DNA of 64,000 bases from an uncultured Planctomycetota bacterium (GCA_963845755.1 CAWJTV010000017.1:1-64000), one strand, 5' to 3'; positions 32,201-42,644 are shown, counted from the stretch's first letter. A program made the numbers and translations. Notes: a model not told the origin generated them from the sequence alone.

Positions 32201-33646
32201 AAGGATCTGACGATCTGGATCTGCGATGGGGCCACGGGCACAGTTCGCGGCCACACTCCGGTCCTGGGCGCACGCCCCTACGGCTTGGAGTTCAGTCCTG
32301 ACGGCAAGACCTTCTTCACCGGGCTCGCCAACGGCGAGGCTCGGTTGTGGAATGTGGCAACAGGCACGCCGCTTGGAGACCCCATTCGGAATACCGCCGG
32401 CGCCATTATCGCGGGGAAGTTCAGTCCCGACGGCAAATCACTCCTCCTCGCCTGCGAGGACGGCAGCGTCAGGCTCTGGGACCTCGCGAACCGGAAACAA
32501 CTCATCTCGCCGCTGCGCCATCCAGGCCCTGTCTCTGGCCTGGAGTTCAGCCCCGACGGCAAGATTCTCGCCACCGCGGCTTCCAGGCAGAGCAGGGACA
32601 AAACCAGGCGACTGTGGGATGTCGCCACCGGCCAACCCATTGGCCCGGTCCGGGCTTCGCTGATCCCTAGCGAGGAAGGCGTATCCGCGCCGGACTTGCC
32701 AGACGAGCTAGAGCGTGTCGCCGCCTGGGTGGAGGTGATCACGGGCCTTACACTCGACAAACAGGAAGGACAAGTCTGGGTCCTTGACAACGCGGCCTGG
32801 CTCGGGCGCCGCGATCGGCTTACGCGGTTGGGAGGTCCACCCGAGACCGGGCCCGAACAACGGCTCGATCCGATCACCTTGGGTCCTGATCCCACGGCCC
32901 GCGCCAAGAGCTTCATGGAGCGGAAGCAGTGGGACGCGGCCGAGGCCGCTTTCGACGAAGCCGCGCGTGCGCGGCCGTTTAACCTATCGATTGTCGGAGA
33001 GTGGGGTGATCTGTACGTCCGTCGTGGTCTCTGGAAGGAGGCCGCTGCCTACTATGCCAGAGCCGTCAACCAGTATCCCGACGTCGCGTTGCTGCACTAT
33101 CAACTGGCGATCGCGCGACTGATCGCGGGAGACCTCCCCGGCTACGGCTCCGCCTGCACCGACATGTTCGAGCGGTTCAACGCGGACGATGACCCTCTGG
33201 CTGCCAATCGCCTGGCCTACGCTGGCGTCTACGCCTCGAACGCCCTGACAAACATGCCCGCTTTTATCCGGGTCTGCGAGCGATCCGTGCCGGCACTGGC
33301 CGGCGGCGAGCGAGTCGTGGGCGCCGCCCTTTATCGCGCCGGACGCTATGACCAAGCCCTGGAGCGTTTCCAACAGTCGCACAAGGTCATCCAACCTCGC
33401 GCCTGGGACTGGCTGTTCCTGGCGATGATCCACAGCCGGCTGGGTCACCCGAGCGAAGCCGGCGAGTTCCTACGGCGGGCCAATCAGTGGATCGCCGAGG
33501 CGGATAAGGCGCCGTCAACAACGGAAAAGACGGGCCCGAGTTGGATGAACCTGATCGAGAGACCCACGATCCTGATCCTCCGCCGCGAGGCCGAGGCGGT
33601 CCTCCGATTCGATCCGGTCTTCCCGGCCGATCCGTTCGTCCATTGA
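29222..33646 (+). CDS. Ser/Thr protein kinase with WD40 repeats and TPR-like C-terminus
   Basis: GRGGMG, VALK, HRDIKPSN, DFGLAK, GTLRYMAPE; TM segment; many FSPDG...LWD repeats. Confidence 0.95.
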   Translation: MSDSTSDRDPIEMLADSFLARFRRGERPSVEDYAAQHPELADEIRELLPALVMLEQDKPAAGPAADTIGSPDATASGPAPHQLGDYQILREIGRGGMGVVYESVQQSLGRHVALKVLLNQVLSGSSQLERFRLEARAAARLHHTNIVPVFGVGECEGVHYYAMQFIEGQALDVVIDALRKLRDGGPAIGAGSETPGTAGGDDQPLTAVLSRALLTGRFAAAQPGPEPTAATDESFSSPPSQGPPGPASPDRANGPPPTDAASSSELSSGQAGAPYFRSVARVGVQVAEALAHAHGQGILHRDIKPSNLLLDGKGTVWVTDFGLAKAEGSDGLTRTGDIVGTLRYMAPERFDGWSDPRSDVYSLGATLYELMTLRPPFREPDRVKLIEQVIHEEPTPPHKFDRRIPRDLETIVLKALAKEPGQRYTTAEQMAEDLRRFAADRPILARRIGPAERTWRWCKRNPMLAGAAGAVAASLVAMALISVIYATEQARAADEIRGLAADLGKERESLRKSLGESNRLLAIRNFDRGQAAFEKGEIALGMHWMIESWRSSVNAGDPAWQHAARANLAAWRAHYPRLKGVLSHTMPVHSAAFGPDSRTVISGGIDGTAQLWDSANFKRIGSPLQQGGEWIRVGFSADGKTAFTFSEGKPTRLWDATTGEPLGHPLRLPPEVHILTVAIQPERKIVLAGVEGTADGIVRFWDAATCKPIDPPLTHHGHVYPPVFSPDSRIILTPSVDGTAWLWDVATCQPIGLPLKHQGGFWSAAFSLDGKTILTGSRDGTAQLWDAATSQPLGPALRHDSEVRSVAFSPDGKTILTGCQDKDARLWDVATGQLIGLLGHQGGITAVAFSPDGRSILTGSLDGTVRLWDASPRPPVGPVREIPTMDSLHSVSPDGKVLLTLPRWANPRYTQLWNATTGRPIGARLPQPGVHCDEAFSPDGKVVLTIDANAEARLWDATTGVALGAAVRLPSPVLPEGASSRLGPDGKTVLFMDKDLTIWICDGATGTVRGHTPVLGARPYGLEFSPDGKTFFTGLANGEARLWNVATGTPLGDPIRNTAGAIIAGKFSPDGKSLLLACEDGSVRLWDLANRKQLISPLRHPGPVSGLEFSPDGKILATAASRQSRDKTRRLWDVATGQPIGPVRASLIPSEEGVSAPDLPDELERVAAWVEVITGLTLDKQEGQVWVLDNAAWLGRRDRLTRLGGPPETGPEQRLDPITLGPDPTARAKSFMERKQWDAAEAAFDEAARARPFNLSIVGEWGDLYVRRGLWKEAAAYYARAVNQYPDVALLHYQLAIARLIAGDLPGYGSACTDMFERFNADDDPLAANRLAYAGVYASNALTNMPAFIRVCERSVPALAGGERVVGAALYRAGRYDQALERFQQSHKVIQPRAWDWLFLAMIHSRLGHPSEAGEFLRRANQWIAEADKAPSTTEKTGPSWMNLIERPTILILRREAEAVLRFDPVFPADPFVH

Positions 33647-33680
33647 GGCCGGCCGAAGGCGGTAATTCGATCTGACAGAT

Positions 33681-33776
33681 GTCACGCGCTGGGAGGGTCA
33701 CGCGCTGAACGGGATAGCGCGCTGAAAAGGGTCAGCGCGCTGGAGGGGTCAGGAACCGAAATCTCATTTCGGTTCC
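33681..33776. repeat. Four 16-18 bp tandem units followed by an 11-bp inverted repeat
   Basis: Units with core CGCGCTG, then GGAACCGAAAT-CTC-ATTTCGGTTCC (33752-33776). Confidence 0.65.
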
Positions 33777-33931
33777 AGAGCCTTTCCGGTCCCAGATTTT
33801 ATGAAAATAATTATAATATTAATGAGTGATAATTTTGACCAATTGCTCCACGGCCGGGAATCGAAGTATGCCACGAGGGCGTCCGTGACGATGTGACCGA
33901 GTTCCTTGATCACCAGGGGAGCCAGAGCACC

Positions 33932-36900
33932 ATGAATCGCAATGCAGCGAGGGGTCTTCGAAAGGGGGGGGCGAGGACCGCCGCGGGCCGCCGCCGCCTC
34001 ACGCCGACGTTGATGACGCTGGAGGACCGCCGCTTGCTGTCGGCGATCGTCGTGAACAATCCCACCGACTCGCCCGTCCTGGGCCAGACGGATCTCCGCC
34101 AGGCCATCATCCAGGCGAATACAAACGGGGGCGATCAGACGATCGTCTTTGACATGACGGTGTTCCAGACCCCGCAGACGATCGCCCTGACGGGCGGCCA
34201 GCTCGAGCTGTCCGACATGACCGGGACGGAGACGATCAACGGCCCGCAAGCGGGAGTGACGATCAGCGCAGGTGGGGCCAGCCGGGTGTTCCAGGTGGAT
34301 GGCGGAGTGACGGCCGACTTCACCGGCCTGACCATCACGGGGGGCTCGACCGGCAGCGGCGGCGGCGGCGTGCTCGTCAACGGGGGCACGGCGACCCTGA
34401 CCGACTGCACGATCACCGGCAATTCCTCCGGGGTCGGCAGCCAATTCGGCGGCTACGGCGCCGGTGTGTGCAACCAGGGCGGCAACGTCACGCTGACCGG
34501 CTGCACGATCAGCGGCAACAGCGCCGAAAACAGCCTCGCCGGCGGCGGCGGCGGTTTGGCCACGCTGACCAACGGCACGACGACGCTGACCGATTGCACC
34601 GTCAGCGATAATTCGTGCGTTGCGTTCAGTGCCGAAGGCGGGGGCGTCCTCGAAACCGGCGCGAACTCGTTGACCACGCTGATCGACTGCACGATCAGCG
34701 GCAACTCAGGCGGCGGGGGAACCGGCGGCGTGGGTGCCTACAACGGCGGCACGGTCGTCCTGACCGGCTGCACCGTCAGCGGCAACTCCACCGGCTTCTT
34801 CGGCGGAGGCTTGTCCATTCTTGGTGCCACCGCGGTGCTCACCAATTGCACGGTGAGCGACAATACCGCCGGGGCGGACGGCGGCGGCGTGTGCAACCTT
34901 GGCGGTTCGTTGAGCCTGACCAACTGTACGATCAGCAAAAACACCGGTTTAGACGGCAGCGGGATTTTCGCCAACTCCAGGACGCTCAACATATTGAACA
35001 ACACGATCGTCGCCGGCAACACCCAGTCCGACTTCACCGAGATCGGCGGGAGCCCCAACGGGTCGAACAACCTGATCGGCGGGGACCCCGTGCTCGCCCC
35101 GCTGGCATCCTACGGCGGGCCGACCCAGACCATGCCCGAACTCCCCGGCAGCCCGGCCCTCGGCGCCGGTAGCGTCGCCCTGGCCGTCGATCCCCAGGGG
35201 AATCCGCTGACCACCGATCAGCGCGGCCTGCCTCGGCTCACCAACGGATCCGTCAACATCGGTGCCTTCCAGAGCGCGGGCTTCACCTTCACGGTTGTTC
35301 CCGGGGGCAGCCCGCAAACCGCGAAGATCGGTACGGCATTCGCCAACCCGCTGGCCGTGACCGTCACGGCGAAGAACCCGATCGAGCCGGTCAATGGTGG
35401 CCGCATCACCTTCGTCGCCCATCCCGCGCCCAATGGAGCCGCGGCGATCTCCGTGGTCCCCTTTGCGGTCGTCACCAACGGCACGGCCGCCCTCGTCGCC
35501 GCGCCCAACAACATCACCGGCCGCTACACCCTCGTCGGGTCCGCCCCGGGCTTTTCCGCCTCGTTCCACCTGACCAACGTCGGCACGCCCTTCGCGGCCC
35601 TGGTCGTGAATTCGACCAGCGATTCCATCGCCCCGGGCCCAGGCCTCCTGAGCCTGCGTGAGGCGATCGGCTTCGCCGACACCGCTCCCTTGGGGAACTC
35701 GATCATCAGCTTTGACAAGAAGGTGTTCAAGACGCCTCAGGTGATCACCCTGACCGGAACCCAGTTCGAGCTGAGCAACACGACCGGGACCGAGACGATC
35801 GTGGGCCCGAAGGCGGGAGTGACGATCAGCGGCGGCGGGGCCAGCCGGGTGTTCCAGGTGGACGGCGGGGTGACGGCCAACATCAGCGGCCTGACCATCA
35901 CGGGGGGCTCGATCGCCGGGGATGGCGGCGGCGTGTACAATGACGGGGGCTCGGTCACGTTGATCGATTGCACGGTGAGCGGCAATTCAGCCTCCGTGGA
36001 AGGCGGCGGCATCGACCAGACCTCCGGTTCGCTGACACTGACCGACTGCACGATCAGCGGCAATACCGTTTCTTACCTCGGCGGCGGCATATACACGTAC
36101 AGTGGCACGGCCACGCTGACCAACTGCACGATTAGCGGCAATACCGCCTTCGAGTTCGGCGGCGGCGTGTCCCTGTACGGCACGAACACACTGACCGACT
36201 GCACCATCAGCGACAATACCGCCTCCGGGTTCGGCGGCGGCGGCGTGTCCCTGTACGGCACGAACACACTGACCGACTGCAAGATCAGCGGCAACTCCAC
36301 CTCGGGATACGACGGAGGTTTGGCAGTGCTTGGCACGACCACGCTGACCGGCTGCACCATCAGCGGTAATACCGCCTCGGGCATCGGCGGCCTGGAAAAC
36401 GCCGGCACGGCCACACTGACCAACTGCATCATCAGCGACAACTCCACCACTTCGCCTTACGTTGGCGGCGGCGGAGTGGCCATCTACGGCCCGACCACGC
36501 TGAATGGCTGCACCATCAGTGGCAACTCGGCCCGGGCCAACGCCGGCGGGTTGTTCAACGCGTACTCCGGTCCGGTCACGCTGACCAACTGCACGATCAG
36601 CGGCAACTCCGCCGGCGGCAACGGTGGCGGCCTCGACAACTCCTACGGCGGTTCGGCGACGCTGACCAACTGCACGATCCGAGGCAACTCGGCCGGCGGC
36701 AACGGTGGCGGCCTGGTCAATTCCTACGGCTGTTCGGCCACTCTGACTAACTGCACGATCCGAGGCAACTCGGCCGTCGCCGGCGGCGGCATTTTCAACC
36801 AGGGCACACTGCAAGTCACCTCCAGCACCATCAACAACAACCAGGCGACGTCCGAGGGTGGTGGCATCGCCACGACATCCGGCAGCGTGACGATCACCGA

Positions 36901-37228
36901 TTCCGATGTCAACAAGAACCAGGTCGCATCGTCCGGTACCGGCTCCGGCGGGGGGATCTTCAGCGCGAACAGCCTCGTGTCACTGACGGGCGACACGATC
37001 AAAGCCAACCAGGCGATCGGGGCCAATGCCTACGGCGGTGGCCTCTATGCGCTGGACAGCACGGTGAACATTCAGGGTTGCACGGTCAGCGGCAACGACG
37101 CGAATGGCACGGTGCTGGGCGAGGGCGGCGGCATCTTCAGTGAGGGGAGCATCCTGACTCTCACGTCCAGCAAGGTGAAAGGCAACAAGGCCTCCACCGC
37201 CGGTGACGATCTCTTCATCCAGCCGTAG
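33932..37228 (+). CDS. Extracellular right-handed beta-helix repeat protein
   Basis: LEDRRLLS export motif; many GGG...TLTxCTISGN repeats; PGSPALGAG...DQRG...NIGAFQ segment. Confidence 0.88.
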   Translation: MNRNAARGLRKGGARTAAGRRRLTPTLMTLEDRRLLSAIVVNNPTDSPVLGQTDLRQAIIQANTNGGDQTIVFDMTVFQTPQTIALTGGQLELSDMTGTETINGPQAGVTISAGGASRVFQVDGGVTADFTGLTITGGSTGSGGGGVLVNGGTATLTDCTITGNSSGVGSQFGGYGAGVCNQGGNVTLTGCTISGNSAENSLAGGGGGLATLTNGTTTLTDCTVSDNSCVAFSAEGGGVLETGANSLTTLIDCTISGNSGGGGTGGVGAYNGGTVVLTGCTVSGNSTGFFGGGLSILGATAVLTNCTVSDNTAGADGGGVCNLGGSLSLTNCTISKNTGLDGSGIFANSRTLNILNNTIVAGNTQSDFTEIGGSPNGSNNLIGGDPVLAPLASYGGPTQTMPELPGSPALGAGSVALAVDPQGNPLTTDQRGLPRLTNGSVNIGAFQSAGFTFTVVPGGSPQTAKIGTAFANPLAVTVTAKNPIEPVNGGRITFVAHPAPNGAAAISVVPFAVVTNGTAALVAAPNNITGRYTLVGSAPGFSASFHLTNVGTPFAALVVNSTSDSIAPGPGLLSLREAIGFADTAPLGNSIISFDKKVFKTPQVITLTGTQFELSNTTGTETIVGPKAGVTISGGGASRVFQVDGGVTANISGLTITGGSIAGDGGGVYNDGGSVTLIDCTVSGNSASVEGGGIDQTSGSLTLTDCTISGNTVSYLGGGIYTYSGTATLTNCTISGNTAFEFGGGVSLYGTNTLTDCTISDNTASGFGGGGVSLYGTNTLTDCKISGNSTSGYDGGLAVLGTTTLTGCTISGNTASGIGGLENAGTATLTNCIISDNSTTSPYVGGGGVAIYGPTTLNGCTISGNSARANAGGLFNAYSGPVTLTNCTISGNSAGGNGGGLDNSYGGSATLTNCTIRGNSAGGNGGGLVNSYGCSATLTNCTIRGNSAVAGGGIFNQGTLQVTSSTINNNQATSEGGGIATTSGSVTITDSDVNKNQVASSGTGSGGGIFSANSLVSLTGDTIKANQAIGANAYGGGLYALDSTVNIQGCTVSGNDANGTVLGEGGGIFSEGSILTLTSSKVKGNKASTAGDDLFIQP

Positions 37229-37488
37229 GATCGGCACGGCCTGAGCCAGTGCCGGGTCCTCCAGGTCGGGCCGGGAATCGCCTGACGACATCCCGCTCGC
37301 GAACCTCGTCACTGGAGCTTCCTCATGAGTTGATCTCCTTCGGTCCAGAGCGCGCTGCAGGCTTTCCTCTCGTCTTCCGGCGGCGCGTTCAGGACCATCC
37401 CGTCATGCCGGGAGGTCAAAATTGTGGATCGATCCCATTCCTGATACAATCGTGTAGTCCTGGAACACGATCCTGGCGAGTGGTTCCC

Positions 37489-38581
37489 ATGCTGGTGAAC
37501 GAGGTACGAGCCCACCGGATCCGTCGAGGCTGGTCGCAGGAAGAGCTGGCGAAGCGGTCGGGGCTCTCGCGGGCGGGGATCAGCGCGATCGAGACGGGCC
37601 GACTGGTGCCTTCGACGGCGGCGGCTCTGGGGCTCGCCTCGGCGCTGGGATGCACTGTCGAGGCGCTTTTTCGGCTTCCGGGGACGCCGCCGGTGGACGA
37701 TCGTGAGGAGTGGGCGTGGGCTCCGCCTTCGACCGATTGGCGATACTGGCGGGCCGAGGTCTGTGGCCGGCGGTATCGCTTTCCGGTCGAGGTCTCGCCG
37801 CTCGGTCTACTCCCGCACGATGGGACGGCGCAGCGGAAAGCAGCGACGAGTCCTGTCGTGTTGATCCGTCGCGGACTCTCGTGCTGGCCTGCTGCGACCC
37901 GGCGGCAGGCTTGCTGGCCGCGGAGTTGGCCCGGCAGACGGAAGTCCGTTTGATCGTCCTGCGGCGCACCAGTCGGGCAGGACTTGACCTGCTGGCGCGA
38001 GGGTTGGTGCATGCCGCGGGAGTCCACCTGCGCCGCACCGACCAGACGGATGGGAACGTGGGGCCGATCCGACAGCACCTCGGCGAAGAACCTGGCCGGC
38101 GCGAAGGTTATCAGGTCCTGCGCAGTCGCCGACTGGGACGAAGGGATCGCGCTGCGGCCGGGCCTGGGTCTGAGCACGATCAAAGATGTCGTGGCCGCCA
38201 AGTTGCGGCTGGGTCCTGAGACAGCCCGGGTCGGGTGCCGGTCAATGCCTCGACGAGCTCCTCGAGGGGTCGCGGGGGCCGAGCCGCCGATCGCCACGCG
38301 CCATGGACCATCGCGGCGTCGCCGAGGTCATTCGTGCCCAGAGCGCCGACGCCGGGATCTGCCTGCGGCTGGCCAGCGAGGAGGCGGGGCTCGGCTTCCT
38401 CAGCGTCCGGCACGAGGCGTATGAGATCTGCCTGCCGGATTCCGTACTCGCCGATGGCCGCGGCCGTGCCCTCCTTCAGGTGGTGCGTTCTTCCGCATAT
38501 CGCCGGCTCCTCGCAGATCTGCCGGGATACGACGCGGCCAAGACCGGGGACCTGCGACCGGTGCACTCTCCGCACGGATGA
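37489..38581 (+). CDS. XRE-HTH plus periplasmic-binding-like (molybdate-type) regulator (about three frameshifts)
   Basis: [60 protein letters not shown] across frames. Confidence 0.82.
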
Positions 38582-38722
38582 CCGGCTAGCCGGTCGATCG
38601 GGCCGAATTCGGACGGCGGCATCCCCCCTTGACTTCGGCGCGTCGTGGTCTCACGATGATCTGGTTGTTCATGGACCGGGATGATTATCCCGATGCAATC
38701 GACCCTGATGCTGGAGTACCCG

Positions 38723-39145
38723 ATGAGATCGTTGATTTGCGTGGCAAGCGTTCTCTGCTTCCTGGGCGTCGCTGGCTGGCTCTCTCACACCGCGGGCGCC
38801 ACGAACCAGGATGATATACCCACGATCGAGAAGATCATGAAGACCTTGCACGGGAAGAAGGGGAATCTCAAGGCGGCCCAGGCGGAGGTGAAGCGGGAAT
38901 CGCCCGACTGGGCCAAGGTCGAGAAGGAGGCCAAGGTCATCGTGAAATATGCTGGTTACCTGAGTAAGAATGATCCGCCGCGGGGCGAGAAGTCGTCGTT
39001 TGAGAAGCTCGCCAAGTCCTACGAATCGCACGCGAAAGCCCTCGAGAAGGCGGCCAAGAAGGAAGACCTCAAGGGCGCGCGGGAAGCAACGAAGAAGCTT
39101 GGCGCTTCCTGCAAGGCCTGCCACACAGCGCACAAGGAACAATGA
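38723..39145 (+). CDS. Class II cytochrome c (cytochrome c prime-like)
   Basis: Signal peptide, helical Lys/Ala-rich body, C-terminal CKACH. Confidence 0.85.
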   Translation: MRSLICVASVLCFLGVAGWLSHTAGATNQDDIPTIEKIMKTLHGKKGNLKAAQAEVKRESPDWAKVEKEAKVIVKYAGYLSKNDPPRGEKSSFEKLAKSYESHAKALEKAAKKEDLKGAREATKKLGASCKACHTAHKEQ

Positions 39146-39313
39146 GGAAAAAGCTCCGGTCGCGGGTGCGTCGGACTTTGGAGTCCGATGCACGACCGGT
39201 TCCCCCATTCTCCATGGCGAGGGTCGAGCCGACTCCCCTTGGCGAGACCCTCGGTGATTTCATCCACTGGCCCGGAATGACCCTTCACTCCCCATCACGG
39301 CGCCGGACTGCCC

Positions 39314-40482
39314 ATGCAACTCCCGCTCATCTCTCACAAGACCGCGCGGTTCACGGAGAGCGTGATCCGGGGTATGTCGATCGAGGCCAATCGCCACGGC
39401 GCCGTGAACCTGGCGCAGGGCATGCCGGACTTTCCGGCCCCACCCGAGATCAAGGCGGCGGCATGTAGGGCAATCGAGGCCAACATTAATCAGTACGCGA
39501 TCACCTGGGGTGCGCGAGGACTGAGAGAGGCGGTCGCCGAGCACGCCGAATGGTACCTTGGTCTTCGAGTCGATCCCGAGACCGAGATCACCGTCACTTG
39601 CGGATGCACCGAGGCGATGCTGGTGGCACTGCTTTCGCTGATCAATCCCGGCGATGAGGTGATCCTGACGCAGCCGTTCTACGAGAACTACTGGCCCGAT
39701 TGCGCACTGGCCGGTGCGACGCCGCGATTCGTCCCCCTCCGGCCGCCCCACTGGCGGTTCGACCCGGATGAGCTGGCCTCGGCATTCAATGACAAGACCA
39801 AGGCGATCATCCTCTGCAACCCCAACAATCCGACCGGCACGGTATTCACCCGTGCCGACCTCGAGGCCGTCGCGGCGCTCTGTCTCAAATGGGACGTGAT
39901 CGCGATCACGGACGAGATCTACGAGCATATTATCTATGATGGTCGCAGACACGTCGCGATGGCCGGCCTGGAGGGCATGTGGGAACGATCGGTGACGATG
40001 AGCGGGATGTCCAAGACCTATGCGGTAACCGGTTGGCGGGTCGGAACGATGCTGGCCCCTCCGAACCTGACTCACGCGTTCCGCCAGGTTCACGATTTCG
40101 TCTCGATCGGCGCGGCGGCGCCGTTGCAAGAAGCCGGCGCTGTCGCCTACCGGATGCCGAGGGAATACTACGCCAAGCTCGCCGGCGATTACCAGGACCG
40201 CAGAGACCGGTTCTGCCGTGTGCTCGATGAGGTCGGCTTCGACCTCGAACCTCCGGCCGGTGCCTATTACATCATGGCCGGCACCGCGGCGTTCGGCGTC
40301 ACCGACGACGTGGAGTTCGCACGGTACCTCGTCCGAGAAATCGGCGTCGCGACCGTGCCAGGATCGAGCTTCTTCCAGGACAAGACACTGGGCCGTCCCT
40401 ATGTCCGCTTCTGCTTTTGCAAGCGAGATGAGACACTCGACCTGGCTGCCCGCGGTTACGCAGGCTGCGCGTGCTCGCGTGA
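39314..40482 (+). CDS. PLP-dependent aminotransferase class I/II (C-terminal frameshift near 40450)
   Basis: NLAQGMPD, NPNNPTG, DEIYE, SKTYAVTGWRVG; alternative frame ends RLRRLRVLA-stop at 40482. Confidence 0.9.
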
Positions 40483-40529
40483 CGCAGCGCCCGAGAGATC
40501 GTTGGTTTTGGCCAAGAGCCGGGTTAGGC

Positions 40530-42644
40530 TCAATCACCCGACTTGGCTCGAGCGCCGGCTCGGGCCGGTTTCGTCCCTTCGGTCTTGGCCGAGGCTCGCG
40601 CGGCAATCCCATCGGCGAGGCCGCGGAGCATGCGAAGTTTGACGTTCGACTTGGACTGTTTCTGGATCCAGTCCAGAACGACCGCAGGATCGCCTTGCTC
40701 GGCCTGTCGTCTGGCGACCCGTTCCAGGAAGGGTGCCTTCGCATCGGAGAGCTGGTCGGGTAGGAGGAAGTTGCCGTCCGAATCCTGCTCCGCAGGGATG
40801 TAAGTGGGCATGGCATTCGAATCGTCGATCACGTCGATCGCCTTGCGAGCACCGGTCAGGTCGCCAACGGCGAGGCGGGCCTCAACGATCTGGCCGAGGG
40901 TGCTATTCCGATTGTACATCAACCATGGTGATGCTCCCATGGCCGCGACGGTCTTGAGGGCACCGTCGAGGTCATCAGCACGGGCCTGGGCCGGGGCGAG
41001 GATCTGTAAAACAGGGAGCATCGGGTCGATAGCTGGGGCGAAGGGAGCCGGCGGGCCGTACTGGGCAACATCGGACCAGAGTGTGTCGTCGGGCACGTTT
41101 CGGGCGGCCTCGAGCGCGACGCGGATCGTATTGCGCGCCTCCTCGCGCCGGTTTTCCCTGGCGTATCCCGCGGCGACCTCGCCGAGGACCCTGACCTTGG
41201 ACATGCCGGAATTCAAGACCGCAGCGGTCCGCACCGCACCGGTAAGGTCGCCCGCCTTGGCCTGGAGCATACCGAGCTCCGTCAGGGGGAAATACGACTC
41301 GGCATCCCCGTCGGGCAGCGGAGCGATCATCTCCAAAGCGACGAGGATCGTGTCCCGTGCGGCCTCGCGATCCTTGGCCTTGAGCTGGGCTTCCGCCACG
41401 GCTTTCATGACGTGGATCCGAGCAAGGGTCGCGCGGAAAACATCCACGTTGTTGGCCGGATGCGGCATGCCGACACTTCGGTAAGCCCCTTCGTAATCGC
41501 CGAGACGTGCCTGGGCATCGGCAAGTCGCCGGAAGACCTTCATCTTCCGGGGAGCATGATCGAATCGGGCTTTCGTCGCGAGCTCGAGGAGCCGGGTCAT
41601 GGACTCGGGTGCGAACGGACGATCGCTGGACGCGACGGCATCGGCTACAACCCAGAGTGCATAGTGTTGAAGGTTTCCGCCAAGTCGCTTGGCGATCAGC
41701 GTCAACACCTCGTCAACCTGAAGGGCGCGGACGCGGGCGCGGAGAACCGTCTCGATCGCCTTGGCCTTGAAGAACTCCGTCTTCTGGGACATCGCAATTT
41801 CCAGCGACTGGGACACGGCGGATTTCGCGACTTCGGCCGGCTCTGCCGGCGCGAGTCTTAGTAGTGCCGTGATCCGGTTCAGAGGCTGTTCGATCGCGTT
41901 CGCCGCCTCGAGAGCCTGGCGGATCGTGTCCGCAGCCGCCGCGCCATCGCCCATCCGGGCCTGGACCTGGGCGATCTGTCGCAGCGCGTCGGCTTTCCTG
42001 GCCAGATGATCCGAAGGGAATCCCACAACGATCATGGGCTGCGGGAAGTTGCTCGGTTGACCGTTAATCAAGCGAACCGACTGAAGAGCCTGTCGTAGCG
42101 TGAATCGAACCTCATCCCGGTCGCCCCCTTCGAGCTGCGCGCGTGCGATCTCGACGTAGAGTGCCGTGCGCCGATCGGGGCTGTAGCCGATCTCCGCGGT
42201 CGCATCGAGAGCGGCCTGCCAGGCGGCCTTCGCGCCGGCGCGATCGCCCAGATTTAGTCGGGCACGGCCGATCCGCAGGTCCGTATCCGCCTGGATCTCC
42301 TTCGATAATCCTTGCGGCATCACGATCGACTGTCCCGGAAAGGCTGCCAGGGCCGGCGGATCAAGCCGCATGTTCGCCAGTGCGCGGATAATCGAGAGGG
42401 ACTCATCGAGGATCGACTTGAGCTGTTCCGGAGACGGGGATGGGCTCTTTCCCGGGGCGTCCGTTTTTTCCGAGGAACCTCGGGTCTTCGGGGTCGCCGC
42501 CGGCGTGTCCTGGACCTCGACGGCCCGAACGGGGAGGGCCGGCAGCATGAGAGTGGTAAGGGCCGAAACGACCAGAGACGCGCACATCAGTGGACTCCGT
42601 TTCCATCTGGAGGCTACGGCAAAGGAGGGCTTCCGCCCCCTCAT
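40530..42644 (-). CDS. Secreted TPR-like alpha-helical repeat protein; start uncertain
   Basis: Signal peptide and repeated IAxAQAxxGD helices. Confidence 0.72.
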   Translation of the reverse strand: MRGRKPSFAVASRWKRSPLMCASLVVSALTTLMLPALPVRAVEVQDTPAATPKTRGSSEKTDAPGKSPSPSPEQLKSILDESLSIIRALANMRLDPPALAAFPGQSIVMPQGLSKEIQADTDLRIGRARLNLGDRAGAKAAWQAALDATAEIGYSPDRRTALYVEIARAQLEGGDRDEVRFTLRQALQSVRLINGQPSNFPQPMIVVGFPSDHLARKADALRQIAQVQARMGDGAAAADTIRQALEAANAIEQPLNRITALLRLAPAEPAEVAKSAVSQSLEIAMSQKTEFFKAKAIETVLRARVRALQVDEVLTLIAKRLGGNLQHYALWVVADAVASSDRPFAPESMTRLLELATKARFDHAPRKMKVFRRLADAQARLGDYEGAYRSVGMPHPANNVDVFRATLARIHVMKAVAEAQLKAKDREAARDTILVALEMIAPLPDGDAESYFPLTELGMLQAKAGDLTGAVRTAAVLNSGMSKVRVLGEVAAGYARENRREEARNTIRVALEAARNVPDDTLWSDVAQYGPPAPFAPAIDPMLPVLQILAPAQARADDLDGALKTVAAMGASPWLMYNRNSTLGQIVEARLAVGDLTGARKAIDVIDDSNAMPTYIPAEQDSDGNFLLPDQLSDAKAPFLERVARRQAEQGDPAVVLDWIQKQSKSNVKLRMLRGLADGIAARASAKTEGTKPARAGARAKSGD

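Noticed and set aside
27767..37697. Diversity-generating retroelement TR/VR pair served by the RT at the window start
   Set aside because: Differences are not adenine-specific, and the RT has maturase and HNH domains plus DV/DVI, i.e. a group II intron.
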